Positions 1-10,835 are shown, counted from the stretch's first letter. The stretch: DNA of 64,000 nt from Fidelibacterota bacterium (GCA_018647265.1 JABGTK010000004.1:20384-84383), one strand, 5' to 3'. A program made the numbers and translations. The notes: a model not told the origin generated them from the letters alone.

Positions 1-1
1 C

Positions 2-1381
2 AGTGGTCGCATTGTTCGTCGAATTAAAGGTGGTATGGTTGTGGATTTAGAAGGTGTTCAAGCCTTCTTACCTGGATCGCAAATTGACGTTCGCCCTGTA
101 AAGGATTTTGATAAATATATTGATACCGAAATGGAATTGCGGGTTGTGAAATTCAATGAATTCCGTAAAAATGTAGTTGTGTCCCACAAAGCGATTCTTG
201 AAGAAAGTCTGGCTGAACAGCAGGACGAATTATTCGAGAAGTTGGAAGTGGGCAATGTCATGGAAGGCCGCGTTAAAAATATTACCGATTTTGGTGTATT
301 TATTGACCTTGGCGGTATCGACGGCTTGCTCCACATTACCGACCTTAGCTGGGGCCGCGTTAATCATCCATCAGAATTAATTGGTATGGATGATACACTT
401 ACTATTAAGATCATAGATTTTGATAAAGAGAAAAAACGCGTTTCATTGGGGCTCAAACAACTGACGCCACATCCTTGGGAGAATTTAGAAGATCGCTATC
501 CTGAAGGAACCAAGATTAGTGGAAAAATTGTCAGCTTAACCAACTACGGTGCATTCGTTGAAATTGAACCGGGAGTTGAAGGATTGGTCCATGTTTCAGA
601 AATGTCTTGGACTCGCCATATTAAAAACCCATCAGAAATGTTTTCACTGGGTGATGAAGTTGAAGCAGTTGTATTGGCTATCAATGCTGAAGAACGAAAA
701 ATCAGTTTGGGTGCTAAGCAACTCCAAGCAGATCCATGGGATCAGATTGAAGAAAAATATATGGTTGGGACAATTGTGAAAGGAAAAGTCATTAATCTGA
801 CTCAATTTGGCGCTTTTGTTGAATTGGAAGAAGGTATTGATGGCTTAATCCATGTTTCTGATTTGTCTTGGACAAAAGTAGTTCGTCATCCAAAGGAAAT
901 TATTGAAAAAGGCCAAACGGTCGAAGTTCGCGTATTAGAAGTTTCCCGTGAAAGCAGACGCATTGCCCTTGGACTGAAACAAGTGGAAGAAGACCCATGG
1001 CCAGAATTGGTAAAACAATTTGAAACAGGGAAAGAAATAGAAGGTGAAGTGGTTCGCGTACTGGATAAAGGCATAATTTTAATGCTGGATCAGGATGTGG
1101 AGGGAATAATTCCTTTTGGTCGCCAACCCAAACGCCAGCGCAAAGCGCTTTCTTCCAAGTACAAAGCCGGTCAAAAAATGAGTGGTGTTGTTATGGAAGT
1201 TAAACCGGACGATAAAAAAGTTGTTCTTTACGTAGAAGAACTGAGTAGCGATAAACCGGGTAAGGTTGATGAAGTTCAGGAATATCTTGAAAGCCAAGAT
1301 GAGCCTGAAGGTGAAAAAATCGAAATACCCACTGGTGCTACAGAAAAAACTGAAGGCGATACTGAGGCGGTGGAGGAATAA
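2..1381 (+). CDS. rpsA: 30S ribosomal protein S1, 5'-partial (frame open to the window start)
   Basis: Repeated S1/OB-fold modules (e.g. GRVKNITDFGVFIDLGGIDGLLHITDLSW, GKIVSLTNYGAFVEIEPGVEGLVHVSEMSW, GKVINLTQFGAFVELEEGIDGLIHVSDLSW). Acidic C-terminal tail. No stop between position 2 and the listed ATG at 35. Confidence 0.92.
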   Translation, partial: SGRIVRRIKGGMVVDLEGVQAFLPGSQIDVRPVKDFDKYIDTEMELRVVKFNEFRKNVVVSHKAILEESLAEQQDELFEKLEVGNVMEGRVKNITDFGVFIDLGGIDGLLHITDLSWGRVNHPSELIGMDDTLTIKIIDFDKEKKRVSLGLKQLTPHPWENLEDRYPEGTKISGKIVSLTNYGAFVEIEPGVEGLVHVSEMSWTRHIKNPSEMFSLGDEVEAVVLAINAEERKISLGAKQLQADPWDQIEEKYMVGTIVKGKVINLTQFGAFVELEEGIDGLIHVSDLSWTKVVRHPKEIIEKGQTVEVRVLEVSRESRRIALGLKQVEEDPWPELVKQFETGKEIEGEVVRVLDKGIILMLDQDVEGIIPFGRQPKRQRKALSSKYKAGQKMSGVVMEVKPDDKKVVLYVEELSSDKPGKVDEVQEYLESQDEPEGEKIEIPTGATEKTEGDTEAVEE

Positions 1382-1409
1382 TTTCCGTCTCTCAGTCTCC
1401 TAAATAAAT

Positions 1410-2405
1410 ATGGGGAAGGGATTCAATCCTAATAGCCTAAAGTCCTTCCTCTCCTTGCAAAAGCTGGGAATTAGACTTGGTGCCATCGGCTTGGCTGTGC
1501 TGCTGTGGTTATTTGTTGTCAGTGAGAATGAATATACTATGGTAGTGGATGTGCCGATCGAAGCACGAAACTTGCCCGCCCGCCATGCTTTGAAAGAAGA
1601 AGTTCCTGATGTAGCAAAGGTGCGATTGCGCGGAAGGGGTCGTTCGTTATTTAAAACAGTCATTCTCAAAAATTTTATTCCAAATTTTAAACTAGTTCTG
1701 GATTTAGAACGCATTTCTGAAGAATACGATTTTATCCTGAATGATTATTTCGAGAGATACCCACAAAAAGTTGTCATTCCATCTACTTTTGAAGTGAAAT
1801 ATGTGGAAGTCATTTATCCCAGTTCGGTGCACATCAGCCTTGATGAGTATAAAGAAAAGAATGTTTCTGTTCGTTTGGATATATTGATAAAACCGGCGCC
1901 GGGTTATTCCTTGGTTGGACAACCAAATGTTTCACCAAAATCAGTAAAAATAGCCGGTTCAAGAAATATTGTTGAAAATGTATCTGAAGTATTTACAGAA
2001 TCAGATACTATTTTGAATGCAACTTCGAATATTTTTACAACTCTTACTTTGAAAGTGGCCCGTGGTGAATTAATTGAATACACGCCCAAAACGATAACAT
2101 ATCGGCAAAAAGTTCAATCAATTAGCGAACGGATTATTAGTGAAATCCCAGTTAAAATTTTGAATGAACGTGATAACCTTCAGGCGTTTGTAAGTCCACA
2201 AACGGTAGCCCTTACAGTAGTTGGAGGAACTGATTTTATCGCTAATCTGAAATCGGATGATATTTTAATCACAGTAGATTTTAACCAGTGGAATTCACAA
2301 CAGCAATTTTATGATGTAAAAGTCCACACACCATTAGATGTGATCGAATGGATGGATCTCTCCCCACAAAGTATTGAATTAGTGGTGACCAAGAGGGTCG
2401 GTTGA
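1410..2405 (+). CDS. YbbR-like domain-containing protein (CdaR-like), N-terminal membrane anchor
   Basis: An N-terminal TM helix (IGLAVLLWLFVV) is followed by repeated beta-rich modules of about 80 aa, as in YbbR/CdaR proteins. Called by architecture and recollection of the family, not by a motif. Confidence 0.55.
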   Translation: MGKGFNPNSLKSFLSLQKLGIRLGAIGLAVLLWLFVVSENEYTMVVDVPIEARNLPARHALKEEVPDVAKVRLRGRGRSLFKTVILKNFIPNFKLVLDLERISEEYDFILNDYFERYPQKVVIPSTFEVKYVEVIYPSSVHISLDEYKEKNVSVRLDILIKPAPGYSLVGQPNVSPKSVKIAGSRNIVENVSEVFTESDTILNATSNIFTTLTLKVARGELIEYTPKTITYRQKVQSISERIISEIPVKILNERDNLQAFVSPQTVALTVVGGTDFIANLKSDDILITVDFNQWNSQQQFYDVKVHTPLDVIEWMDLSPQSIELVVTKRVG

Positions 2406-3382
2406 TCGTCCTCGGGATTGAAACATCCTGCGATGAAACTGCAGCGGCAGTATCTATGGATGGTTCAATAATCTCATCGCAAATTAGTACCCAAACCATT
2501 CACCAAAAGTATGGTGGTGTCGTTCCTGAAATCGCTTCCCGCGAACATGAGAAATTATTAAATGACATGGTTTCGGATACATTAAAGGATGCGAAAATAT
2601 CCCCTCAAGAATTAGAAGGAATAGCTGTGACTCAAGGTCCTGGTTTATCGGGAACATTGATTACCGGAATTTGTTTTGCAAAAGGATTAGCCTTAGGGCT
2701 TGGGCTTCCCATTATTGGTGTAAATCATTTAGAAGCCCATATCTTTGCGAACTTTCTGGCTGATCCTGCGTTAAAATTCCCTTTTGTCTGTCTCCTAGTT
2801 TCTGGTGGGCATACTCAATTATGGCACGTTAAGGATGTGAATGACTATTCTATGTTGGGCGAAAGCAGGGATGATGCAGCCGGTGAAGCATTTGATAAAG
2901 GGGCGAGGATATTGGGTCTGGGATATCCCGGCGGTCCTGAAATAGAAAAATTGAGTATTAGCGGAAATAGAAATGCTATCAAATTCCCACGGGCATTGAT
3001 GAAAAAGGGCAATCTTGAGTTCAGTTTTAGTGGACTAAAAACATCCCTTCTTTATTATATGGATAGCCATAAAAATGAAAATATGAATGATGTGGCAGCA
3101 AGTTATCAACAGGCTATTGTAGATGTATTAATTACCAAATTAAAATGGGCTATGAAAAAAACAGACTGCATTACCTGTGTTATTGCTGGCGGCGTAGCGG
3201 CCAACCGATCTTTGCGAAAAAATGTGGAATTAATGTTAGCTACAGAAAAAGTGATTTTTCCTGAATTATCCCTTTGTACTGATAATGCAGCAATGATTGC
3301 TTATTTGGGTGAATTGTATTTGTCGCGGGGGATAAAAAGTAATATCGATTTCCCTATTCAACCTAATTTGAAATTAGCATAA
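2402..3382 (+). CDS. tsaD: tRNA N6-adenosine threonylcarbamoyltransferase TsaD
   Basis: N-terminal GIETSCDETAAAV, then GVNHLEAH and SGGHT motifs. TTG start overlaps the upstream stop. Confidence 0.92.
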   Translation: MIVLGIETSCDETAAAVSMDGSIISSQISTQTIHQKYGGVVPEIASREHEKLLNDMVSDTLKDAKISPQELEGIAVTQGPGLSGTLITGICFAKGLALGLGLPIIGVNHLEAHIFANFLADPALKFPFVCLLVSGGHTQLWHVKDVNDYSMLGESRDDAAGEAFDKGARILGLGYPGGPEIEKLSISGNRNAIKFPRALMKKGNLEFSFSGLKTSLLYYMDSHKNENMNDVAASYQQAIVDVLITKLKWAMKKTDCITCVIAGGVAANRSLRKNVELMLATEKVIFPELSLCTDNAAMIAYLGELYLSRGIKSNIDFPIQPNLKLA

Positions 3383-3385
3383 GTA

Positions 3386-5440
3386 ATGGATTTTAATTTT
3401 CTCCATGAGGTGGACTTTATTTTTTGGGCGACAATTTTTATTGGCATCGGATTGATTTACTATTTATATAAAATTCTTTCAAATGAACAATGGTATCAAT
3501 TATTACTTGGTTGTCGCATCCTAATCTTTATCATTTTTGGATTATTGTTATTAAACCCAATTGTAAATTTTTCGGGTGAAAAAGAGAAAAAACTGGATTG
3601 GGCCATTTTTATTGATAATTCCGCCAGTATAAAGTATCATCAAACACCGTCTCTCAATGCGATTCAATCTGGGGTGCTGTCATTTATGAACCGCTTGAAG
3701 GAAAAAAATATTTCTTACGATTTATATCAATTTTCAGACAAAATCAAAAAAGTGAATTCCCCAAAACTAAATGGAATGGGCGTTACAACAAATTTGGGAA
3801 TCGTTTCGGAAAAAATAAAAAAAGATGAAAAGAATCTCGCTGGTGTTGTAATCGTTTCTGATGGTATAATCACAGAAGGAAAAAATCCGATTTTAAAATT
3901 TGAAAACGTTAATATTCCTGTTTATACACTAGGAATAGGGGAAAACAGTGAGTTGGTTGATGTGGCGATTCAGTCTATTGATGTACCAACGGTTGTATTA
4001 AAAAGTGATGGTGTGAATGTTCGTACTACAATCCAATCTGTTGGGAATATAAGCGATCGACTCAGTGTGTCACTTTATAATAATCAATCCTTGGTAGGAT
4101 CAAAACATATTCGACTCGCGGGACAGGGATCCAGAAGGGAAGTAAATTTTCGTTTTCGGCCCAAAGAAATTGGTAAACAAAAGTATGAGGTCAGAGTTTC
4201 ATCGGTAGAAGATGAAATTAACATTCAAAATAACCGACAGAATTTCAATCTTCTTGTATTGAAAGATCGATATAAAGTGGCACTTTTAACTGGGAGTCCA
4301 AATAAAAATACAGCTGTTTTAAAGCGAGTTCTAAAGCAAAATCCGCGAATAGAATTGGATCATTTTACACGAATGACAGAAAAGCGTTTTCGTCCTGCCA
4401 TTAAATCTTTTTGGGAAACACCTTATGAATTAATCATTTTTGAAAATTATCCAATAAAACCATTATCTTCTAATTTTATTCGAATTCTTGGAAAAAAAGT
4501 TTTGGCAAATCAAGCTGCGCTTCTTTTATTCTCAGGCCCTAATCAGTCTAATTCATCTTTAAAGGGGATAACATCCATTCTCGGTATTGCCACTATAGAC
4601 AGTGTCCCAGAAACTGAACCTAATTATTGGAATTTTGTTGAGGAACAAAATTTCGATGAAACTGATCTGCCGCCCTTAAATCAAAATATTCTTATTTCTG
4701 GAAGAGAATTAACTTCAGATACTCTAGCAATTTCCGAATCGAATTGGCCCCTTTGGTTAAGAAATGAGAATGGCAATATCCGGACGATGACGTGGACATC
4801 CCCAGGGATTAATATACTTTACTTTAATGACCAAAAGTTAGATAAGGACGGGCCGTTTTCGATCATTTGGGATCAATCCATTTCATGGCTGTTGAAAACT
4901 GGTGGTGAACATGAGAACTTTTTTCGTTTCAATAAAGATCGATATCAACAGGGAGAAATGGTGCAGATTACAGGAACACAACCATTTAATCAAGAAATGG
5001 GTGCAGCGGTAAATATAATTATTAATATCAAAAATGGTGTCACAAATATTATTTCTCGAGATATATTATTCAATATAGAAGAGCAACGTTGGGTAGGAGA
5101 ATTCCGAGCACCCGGTCCTGGCGAATATAACTATTCTATCCAGTTTAATTCAGAAAAAATCCCAATCCAATCAGGTGCATTTCAAGTACTGGAAAGCCAG
5201 ATTGAACTCAATCAAGTTCATTTAAACAAAAAGTTGCTCACATCCATTTCAGATAATACTAATGGACAATTTTTCAAATGGACATCACGAGATAGTATTT
5301 TAATTAAAATCAATCCAAAAGTACGTCGTGAATTCAAGGCAGAAATTGTTAAATTTAACGAGAGTAGAATCTTATTATTTATCATGATTCTCCTTTTATG
5401 CATTGAGTGGTTTATCCGCCGAAAAAGAGGATTATCATAA
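3386..5440 (+). CDS. VWA-like membrane protein with BatA-type N-terminal double-TM anchor and a C-terminal TM helix
   Basis: Two N-terminal TM helices, a MIDAS-like DxSxS motif (FIDNSASI), and a C-terminal TM (ILLFIMILLLCIEWFIRRKRG). No closer family recognised. Confidence 0.45.
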   Translation: MDFNFLHEVDFIFWATIFIGIGLIYYLYKILSNEQWYQLLLGCRILIFIIFGLLLLNPIVNFSGEKEKKLDWAIFIDNSASIKYHQTPSLNAIQSGVLSFMNRLKEKNISYDLYQFSDKIKKVNSPKLNGMGVTTNLGIVSEKIKKDEKNLAGVVIVSDGIITEGKNPILKFENVNIPVYTLGIGENSELVDVAIQSIDVPTVVLKSDGVNVRTTIQSVGNISDRLSVSLYNNQSLVGSKHIRLAGQGSRREVNFRFRPKEIGKQKYEVRVSSVEDEINIQNNRQNFNLLVLKDRYKVALLTGSPNKNTAVLKRVLKQNPRIELDHFTRMTEKRFRPAIKSFWETPYELIIFENYPIKPLSSNFIRILGKKVLANQAALLLFSGPNQSNSSLKGITSILGIATIDSVPETEPNYWNFVEEQNFDETDLPPLNQNILISGRELTSDTLAISESNWPLWLRNENGNIRTMTWTSPGINILYFNDQKLDKDGPFSIIWDQSISWLLKTGGEHENFFRFNKDRYQQGEMVQITGTQPFNQEMGAAVNIIINIKNGVTNIISRDILFNIEEQRWVGEFRAPGPGEYNYSIQFNSEKIPIQSGAFQVLESQIELNQVHLNKKLLTSISDNTNGQFFKWTSRDSILIKINPKVRREFKAEIVKFNESRILLFIMILLLCIEWFIRRKRGLS

Positions 5441-5460
5441 AATTTGAAGAAAGAATTTAA

Positions 5461-6771
5461 ATGAAGCGAATTACAATAATTGGCACTGGATATGTTGGCT
5501 TGGTGAGTGGCGCTGGTATTTCTGAATTTGGTCATCATGTTACATGTGTTGATATTGATATTGATAAAATTGATCAATTAAAATCGGGAAAAGTTCCAAT
5601 TTACGAACCGGGGCTCAAATCTCTGGTGAAACAAAATGTAACAAAAGGTCGTTTGCATTTTTCGTCAGATGTGGCTGAAGCAATAAAAGAATCGGACGTT
5701 ATTTTTATTGCTGTAGGTACACCCCAAGGTAGTAATGGGGAAGCAAATTTGGATGCTGTTGAAGTAGTAGCAAAAGCAATCGGTGAAAATTTAAATGAGT
5801 ATAAAATAATTTGTACCAAGAGCACCGTCCCCATTGGAACAGGAAAAAAGATTGAAGAAATTATTCAATCCATAAATCCTGAAGCAGAATTTGATTATGT
5901 TTCCAACCCGGAGTTTTTGCGGGAAGGAGCTGCCGTAAAAGATTTTTTACATCCCGATCGAGTTGTACTTGGCGCCAGAACAAATAAAGCAATTGATATT
6001 ATGCGAGAAGTTTATCGCCCTCTTTACATCAATGAAACACCAATCCTTTCTACTTCAGTTGAAACGGCTGAAATGATTAAATATGCTGCAAATGCATTTT
6101 TGGCATTGAAAATAAGTTACATCAATGAGATTGCAAATTTGTGCGAAGTTGTTGATGCAGATGTTCATGAAGTTGCTCAAGCGATGGGTATCGACGGACG
6201 GATAAGTCCTAAGTTTTTACATCCTGGACCTGGATTCGGTGGCTCTTGTTTTCCAAAAGATACCCACGCACTAGCGGCTACCGGCCGAAAAAATGGTAGT
6301 CCCTTGCCCACAATAGAAGCAGCTATCAAAACGAATGCATCTCAAAAGCAGAGAATGGTTTCAAAAATAAATAATCTTCTGAATAATAAATTAAATGGAA
6401 AATCAGTGGCTATATTGGGATTGGCATTTAAACCCCAAACAGATGATGTACGGGAAGCTGCTTCAAGAGTGATTATACCACAATTAATTGATTCCGGTGT
6501 AAATGTTCGTGCTTATGATCCAATAGCCATGGGAAATTTTAAAAAACACTATCCCAAAATTCAGTATTATGAATCTTGGCAAGATGCAGTTGATGGTGCT
6601 GACGCTTGTGTGATTCTGACAGAGTGGAATGAATTACGAGGGATGGATTTGAATGAATTGAAATCCTTAATGAAAACACCTATTGTTCTAGACACAAAAA
6701 ATATTTTAAGTATGGATAAATTAAATTCATTAGGATTTACTTACGATAATGTGGGGCGCAAAAAATCATAA
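5461..6771 (+). CDS. ugd: UDP-glucose 6-dehydrogenase
   Basis: Rossmann motif IIGTGYVGLV, catalytic region GFGGSCFPKD, C-terminal UDP-binding region LGLAFKPQTDDVREA. Confidence 0.88.
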   Translation: MKRITIIGTGYVGLVSGAGISEFGHHVTCVDIDIDKIDQLKSGKVPIYEPGLKSLVKQNVTKGRLHFSSDVAEAIKESDVIFIAVGTPQGSNGEANLDAVEVVAKAIGENLNEYKIICTKSTVPIGTGKKIEEIIQSINPEAEFDYVSNPEFLREGAAVKDFLHPDRVVLGARTNKAIDIMREVYRPLYINETPILSTSVETAEMIKYAANAFLALKISYINEIANLCEVVDADVHEVAQAMGIDGRISPKFLHPGPGFGGSCFPKDTHALAATGRKNGSPLPTIEAAIKTNASQKQRMVSKINNLLNNKLNGKSVAILGLAFKPQTDDVREAASRVIIPQLIDSGVNVRAYDPIAMGNFKKHYPKIQYYESWQDAVDGADACVILTEWNELRGMDLNELKSLMKTPIVLDTKNILSMDKLNSLGFTYDNVGRKKS

Positions 6772-7334
6772 TGAAAGTAACCCAAACATCCATCGGTGGG
6801 GTGGTTAAAATCCAACCAAATGTACACTTAGATAATCGGGGATACTTTTTTGAATCCTTTAAATCTTCTGATTTTGAGGCTCATGGCTTACCTTCCAAAT
6901 TTGTGCAAGATAACCAAGCCAAGTCATCCAAAGGTGTATTGCGCGGATTGCATTATCAATTGAATTTTGCCCAGGGGAAATTGGTTTGGGTAAGTGAAGG
7001 TAAAGTATTGGATGTGGCTGTGGACATCCGCAAAGGATCGCCCACCTTTGGCCAATTTGAATCAGCCCTTTTGGATAACGAAACACACACCCGTTTTTAT
7101 ATTCCACCGGGGTTTGCCCACGGATATTTTGTTTTATCGGAAACGGCCATATTTCAGTACAAATGTACTGATGTGTATCATCCGGAAGATGAATATGGTA
7201 TCTACTGGGATGATCCTGAAATTGGGATTGAATGGGGCATTGGTGATAAATTGGTATCTGAAAAAGATCATATTTTACCTTTGTTAAAAGATATGGATCC
7301 AAATTTGTTACCCATGTACCGAGAAAAGAACTAA
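6771..7334 (+). CDS. rfbC: dTDP-4-dehydrorhamnose 3,5-epimerase
   Basis: Cupin-type RmlC pattern: D.RGYFFE, RGLHYQ, GKLV.V..G.V.DVAVDIR..SPTFG, PPGFAHG. Confidence 0.88.
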   Translation: MKVTQTSIGGVVKIQPNVHLDNRGYFFESFKSSDFEAHGLPSKFVQDNQAKSSKGVLRGLHYQLNFAQGKLVWVSEGKVLDVAVDIRKGSPTFGQFESALLDNETHTRFYIPPGFAHGYFVLSETAIFQYKCTDVYHPEDEYGIYWDDPEIGIEWGIGDKLVSEKDHILPLLKDMDPNLLPMYREKN

Positions 7335-8603
7335 ATGATACCAATTGAACATATCCGCAATAACCCAGAAGAAGTTGCGCAAAAACTAACATCTAAAGGG
7401 GAAAATCCAGCAATTGAGGGTATATTAAAATTAGATGAAAAGTACCGGACAGATTTAGGACAGGCCAATGATTTGCGGGCCAAAAGAAATAAAGCTTCTG
7501 ATGCAATTGCCAAAGCTAAAAGATCAGGGGAAAATGCGGATGATGCAATTAACTCCATGCGGGAGGTTTCTCAACATATAAAAGTGTTAGAAGAAAAAAC
7601 TCAGGAATCAAAGACTAAGTTGGATGAGCTTTTATTGGGTTTACCCAATCTTCCACATGAATCTGTACCTGCAGGGAAGGATGAAAAAGATAATCCATTG
7701 GTGCGTGAATGGGGCGAATCAACTGAATATGATTTTGAGCTTAAAAATCATTTGGAATTGGGCGAAGCACTGGGGCTCTTTGATTTTGAACGGGGCGCTA
7801 AAATTGCTGGTTCCGGTTTTCCATTATATACAGGAAGGGGCGCAAAGCTGGAACGGGCGCTGATTAACTATATGCTGGATGTACAAACGGACCAGCACGG
7901 TTATACAGAAATTTTCCCGCCTTTTCTTGTTCGCTCAGAATCTGCAATTACGACAGGACAATTACCAAAATTTTCTGAAGATATGTATTTTTCTGAAAAG
8001 GATGGCCTGTGGCTGATACCCACGGCAGAAGTACCCTTGACAAACATACATAAAGATGAAATTTTAAATGAAGATCAATTATCAATTAATTATGCCGCCT
8101 ATTCGGCTTGTTTCCGTCGGGAGGCAGGTTCTTATGGAAAGGACACAAGAGGATTTCTAAGACTTCACCAATTTAATAAGGTGGAACTGGTTAAATTGGT
8201 TAAACCGGAAAATTCATATGAAGAATTGGAAAAATTGGTTATCCATGCTGAGTACATCTTGCAATCATTGGGATTGAAATATCGAGTGATTGAATTATGT
8301 ACAGGAGATTTGAGTTTCTCTGCAGCCAAATGTTACGACCTGGAATTGTGGGCGCCGGGTGAACGAAAATGGTTGGAAGTATCTTCTTGCAGTAATTTTG
8401 AAGATTTCCAGGCGCGTCGGGGCAATATTCGTTACCGCAAAGCTAATTATAAGAAAGTTGAATTTGTCCATACCTTAAATGGCAGTGGTGTTGCCACACC
8501 AAGGCTATTGGTGGCACTTCTGGAAACATACCAAAAAGAAGATGGAAGTATTGATATTCCCAAGCCGCTACAATCATATCTCGGTGCGGAGGTCCTAGAT
8601 TAG
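7335..8603 (+). CDS. serS: Serine--tRNA ligase
   Basis: N-terminal coiled-coil arm and class II aaRS core (FRREAGS.GKDTRG..R.HQF.KVE, TLNGSG.A..R). Confidence 0.95.
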   Translation: MIPIEHIRNNPEEVAQKLTSKGENPAIEGILKLDEKYRTDLGQANDLRAKRNKASDAIAKAKRSGENADDAINSMREVSQHIKVLEEKTQESKTKLDELLLGLPNLPHESVPAGKDEKDNPLVREWGESTEYDFELKNHLELGEALGLFDFERGAKIAGSGFPLYTGRGAKLERALINYMLDVQTDQHGYTEIFPPFLVRSESAITTGQLPKFSEDMYFSEKDGLWLIPTAEVPLTNIHKDEILNEDQLSINYAAYSACFRREAGSYGKDTRGFLRLHQFNKVELVKLVKPENSYEELEKLVIHAEYILQSLGLKYRVIELCTGDLSFSAAKCYDLELWAPGERKWLEVSSCSNFEDFQARRGNIRYRKANYKKVEFVHTLNGSGVATPRLLVALLETYQKEDGSIDIPKPLQSYLGAEVLD

Positions 8604-8637
8604 TCTCCGATCTGTTTGGTTTTTAATTAATGTAGTT

Positions 8638-9321
8638 TTGTGGACGATTATTTTCGCCACAGCAGGAATTGTTGGATCTATCTTTGAGTGGCGCGGTAAA
8701 TTTTTAAGTTGGATTACTCAAACTTGGTCCAAGTGGTTACTAATGATTGGTGGTATTCAATATCAAATTGTTGGACTTGAAAAGCTTGACAAAGAAGGAA
8801 ACTATGTGTTCGTCGCCAATCATGAATCAGCAATGGATATTCCATTGGTATTTGCAGGTTTGCCTTACCACTTGGTGGCTATTGCAAAAATTGAATTGAA
8901 AAGAATTCCAATATTTGGTTGGGCCATGATGGCAGGTGGGCACTTTTTTGTGGATCGAAGAAATCATGCAAAAGCATTAAATTCCTTGGATAAAGCAAAA
9001 GATTCCATGGCTAAAAACCCTCGCTCAATCATCATTTTTCCTGAAGGCACCCGTTCATTAAATGGTGCAATAATGCCTTTTAAAAAGGGTGGTCTCGTTT
9101 TGGCTATGAATATGGGTATCTCTGTTGTGCCCATTGCTCTTTGCGGAACTAGAGATGTCATGAAGAAAAAAGGATTAACTTTAAATAGTCAAACAATTGA
9201 GTTACGAATTGGAAGTCCAATTGATACAAAAACCCAGCCCTATGATTCCCGGAATGAATTTGTGGCCAGTGTGCGGGAGAATGTTGTGGCTCTAAAAGAA
9301 GAATGGCAAAATGCGGTCTAA
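8638..9321 (+). CDS. plsC: 1-acyl-sn-glycerol-3-phosphate acyltransferase
   Basis: HX4D motif (NHESAMD) and FPEGTRS motif. TTG start as listed in the track. Confidence 0.82.
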   Translation: MWTIIFATAGIVGSIFEWRGKFLSWITQTWSKWLLMIGGIQYQIVGLEKLDKEGNYVFVANHESAMDIPLVFAGLPYHLVAIAKIELKRIPIFGWAMMAGGHFFVDRRNHAKALNSLDKAKDSMAKNPRSIIIFPEGTRSLNGAIMPFKKGGLVLAMNMGISVVPIALCGTRDVMKKKGLTLNSQTIELRIGSPIDTKTQPYDSRNEFVASVRENVVALKEEWQNAV

Positions 9322-10381
9322 ATCAATCTATTCGATTCCGGACGCTATGCCATGGCAAAGTGGGTATGTTTCAGAATCACCTATTTATGAAAAATCCCTA
9401 GTTGATGCTTGGATCAAAGTTCGGAAAGGCACCATTTTTAATGATATTAATCGCCAACCAATCATGATAATCAATCCGGGCATTGTCAATAAAAATGAAG
9501 GGCCAGATATTCATGACGCTATCATTTTCACTGAAGGTAAATTAATTTCTGGAAAAATTGAGGTTCATATTCGCGCCAGAGATTGGTTTTACCACGGGCA
9601 TGAAAGCGATCCAAAATATAACAATATAATTTTACACATCACCGCCTTTCCGGATAAGGCAGATCGAAAATTAAATAACCGTCTAATTTATTTTAACCCC
9701 AAGGGTGAAGATTTACAATGTGATTTAAAGATGCCTAACGTAGGGCCATCATTAGAAAAATCACTCATAGAATTTGGATTAAAACGCTGGTCCCAAAAAG
9801 TGCATCGATATCAATCGCGAAACTGGAAGAATAGGGTGCTTCAAGATAGTTTCAAACTTTTTGGTAAGGGAGGAAATGAAAACAACTTTCTTCATTTGCT
9901 TGAATTGTTTCAAAGAGGAAAAACCCCTGATTCCCCTGAATTGATAAATATTCAATGGCATCACAGAGGAATTCGGCCTAATGCCTGGCCAGAAAATAGA
10001 ATTTCAAATGTCTACAATTTGTTTCAATACATAAATATATTAATTACTCCTCCAGCCGAGGTATTATTAAAACTAAAATCAATGGTTAATCTAAATTTGT
10101 ATGTTGAGTTGACTGGAAATATTTTTAACCCACTAGCTGCAAGCACTTGCCTGAATCAGAGAGATTTTAATTCCTATAAAAAATTAAAAGAAGAATGGCT
10201 CAATTTAAAACTGGGTTATAGTTATGGGCGTTTTCAAAAACAATTCAGTGGTGTTTTGTCAACCAGCCAATTAAAAACATTTTCCATACTTCAGGGACTT
10301 ATTGTATTAGAAGAATCATTTTGTAATGATAAACATTGCATAATTTGTCCGGTAAAGAGATCATATGGCAATCTGGGCTAA
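9311..10381 (+). CDS. DUF2851-like protein
   Basis: The pattern INPG..N..EGPD...A.I......SG.IEVH.RA.DW..HGH..D..YNNIILH matches my recollection of the DUF2851 family common in Bacteroidota. Function unknown. Confidence 0.5.
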   Translation: MRSKSIYSIPDAMPWQSGYVSESPIYEKSLVDAWIKVRKGTIFNDINRQPIMIINPGIVNKNEGPDIHDAIIFTEGKLISGKIEVHIRARDWFYHGHESDPKYNNIILHITAFPDKADRKLNNRLIYFNPKGEDLQCDLKMPNVGPSLEKSLIEFGLKRWSQKVHRYQSRNWKNRVLQDSFKLFGKGGNENNFLHLLELFQRGKTPDSPELINIQWHHRGIRPNAWPENRISNVYNLFQYINILITPPAEVLLKLKSMVNLNLYVELTGNIFNPLAASTCLNQRDFNSYKKLKEEWLNLKLGYSYGRFQKQFSGVLSTSQLKTFSILQGLIVLEESFCNDKHCIICPVKRSYGNLG

Positions 10382-10835
10382 GTCTGAAGCTATAGAAAAC
10401 ATTGTCCAATTAAAGGCGACAGGAATAATAGTTGTTTTTACCAATGGATGTTTTGATATAATCCATAAAGGACACACTACCTATTTAAAAGAAGCTCGGG
10501 AACTGGGTGGCTTTTTAATTATTGGTCTTAATTCAGATAAGTCGGTGCAACATCTAAAGGGGCCTGAGAGGCCTCTCAATCCAGAAGAGGAAAGGGGTGA
10601 AGCGCTACTGGCTCTGGACTATGTGGATGCAGTTGTGATTTTTAATGAGGAAACTCCAAAAAAATTAATATCAGAATTATTACCCAATATATTGGTTAAA
10701 GGCGGTGATTACCAAAAAGATGAAATTGCCGGCTGTAATGAAGTTGAAGCTAATGGAGGTAAAGTAATCATCCTGCCTTTTTTGGAAGGCTATAGTACAA
10801 CAAAAATACTCGAAAACATGGGGAAAAGGTCTTGA
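10365..10835 (+). CDS. rfaE2: D-glycero-beta-D-manno-heptose 1-phosphate adenylyltransferase (RfaE domain II-type cytidylyltransferase)
   Basis: VFTNGCFDIIHKGH, then SVQHLKGPERP and VKGGDY motifs. Single-domain size (156 aa). Confidence 0.82.
   Translation: MAIWAKSEAIENIVQLKATGIIVVFTNGCFDIIHKGHTTYLKEARELGGFLIIGLNSDKSVQHLKGPERPLNPEEERGEALLALDYVDAVVIFNEETPKKLISELLPNILVKGGDYQKDEIAGCNEVEANGGKVIILPFLEGYSTTKILENMGKRS

Noticed and set aside
6859-7392. 177-aa ORF on the - strand
   Set aside because: It is entirely antisense to rfbC and the serS start, both of which have strong family motifs. Its composition is low-complexity and typical of shadow frames.
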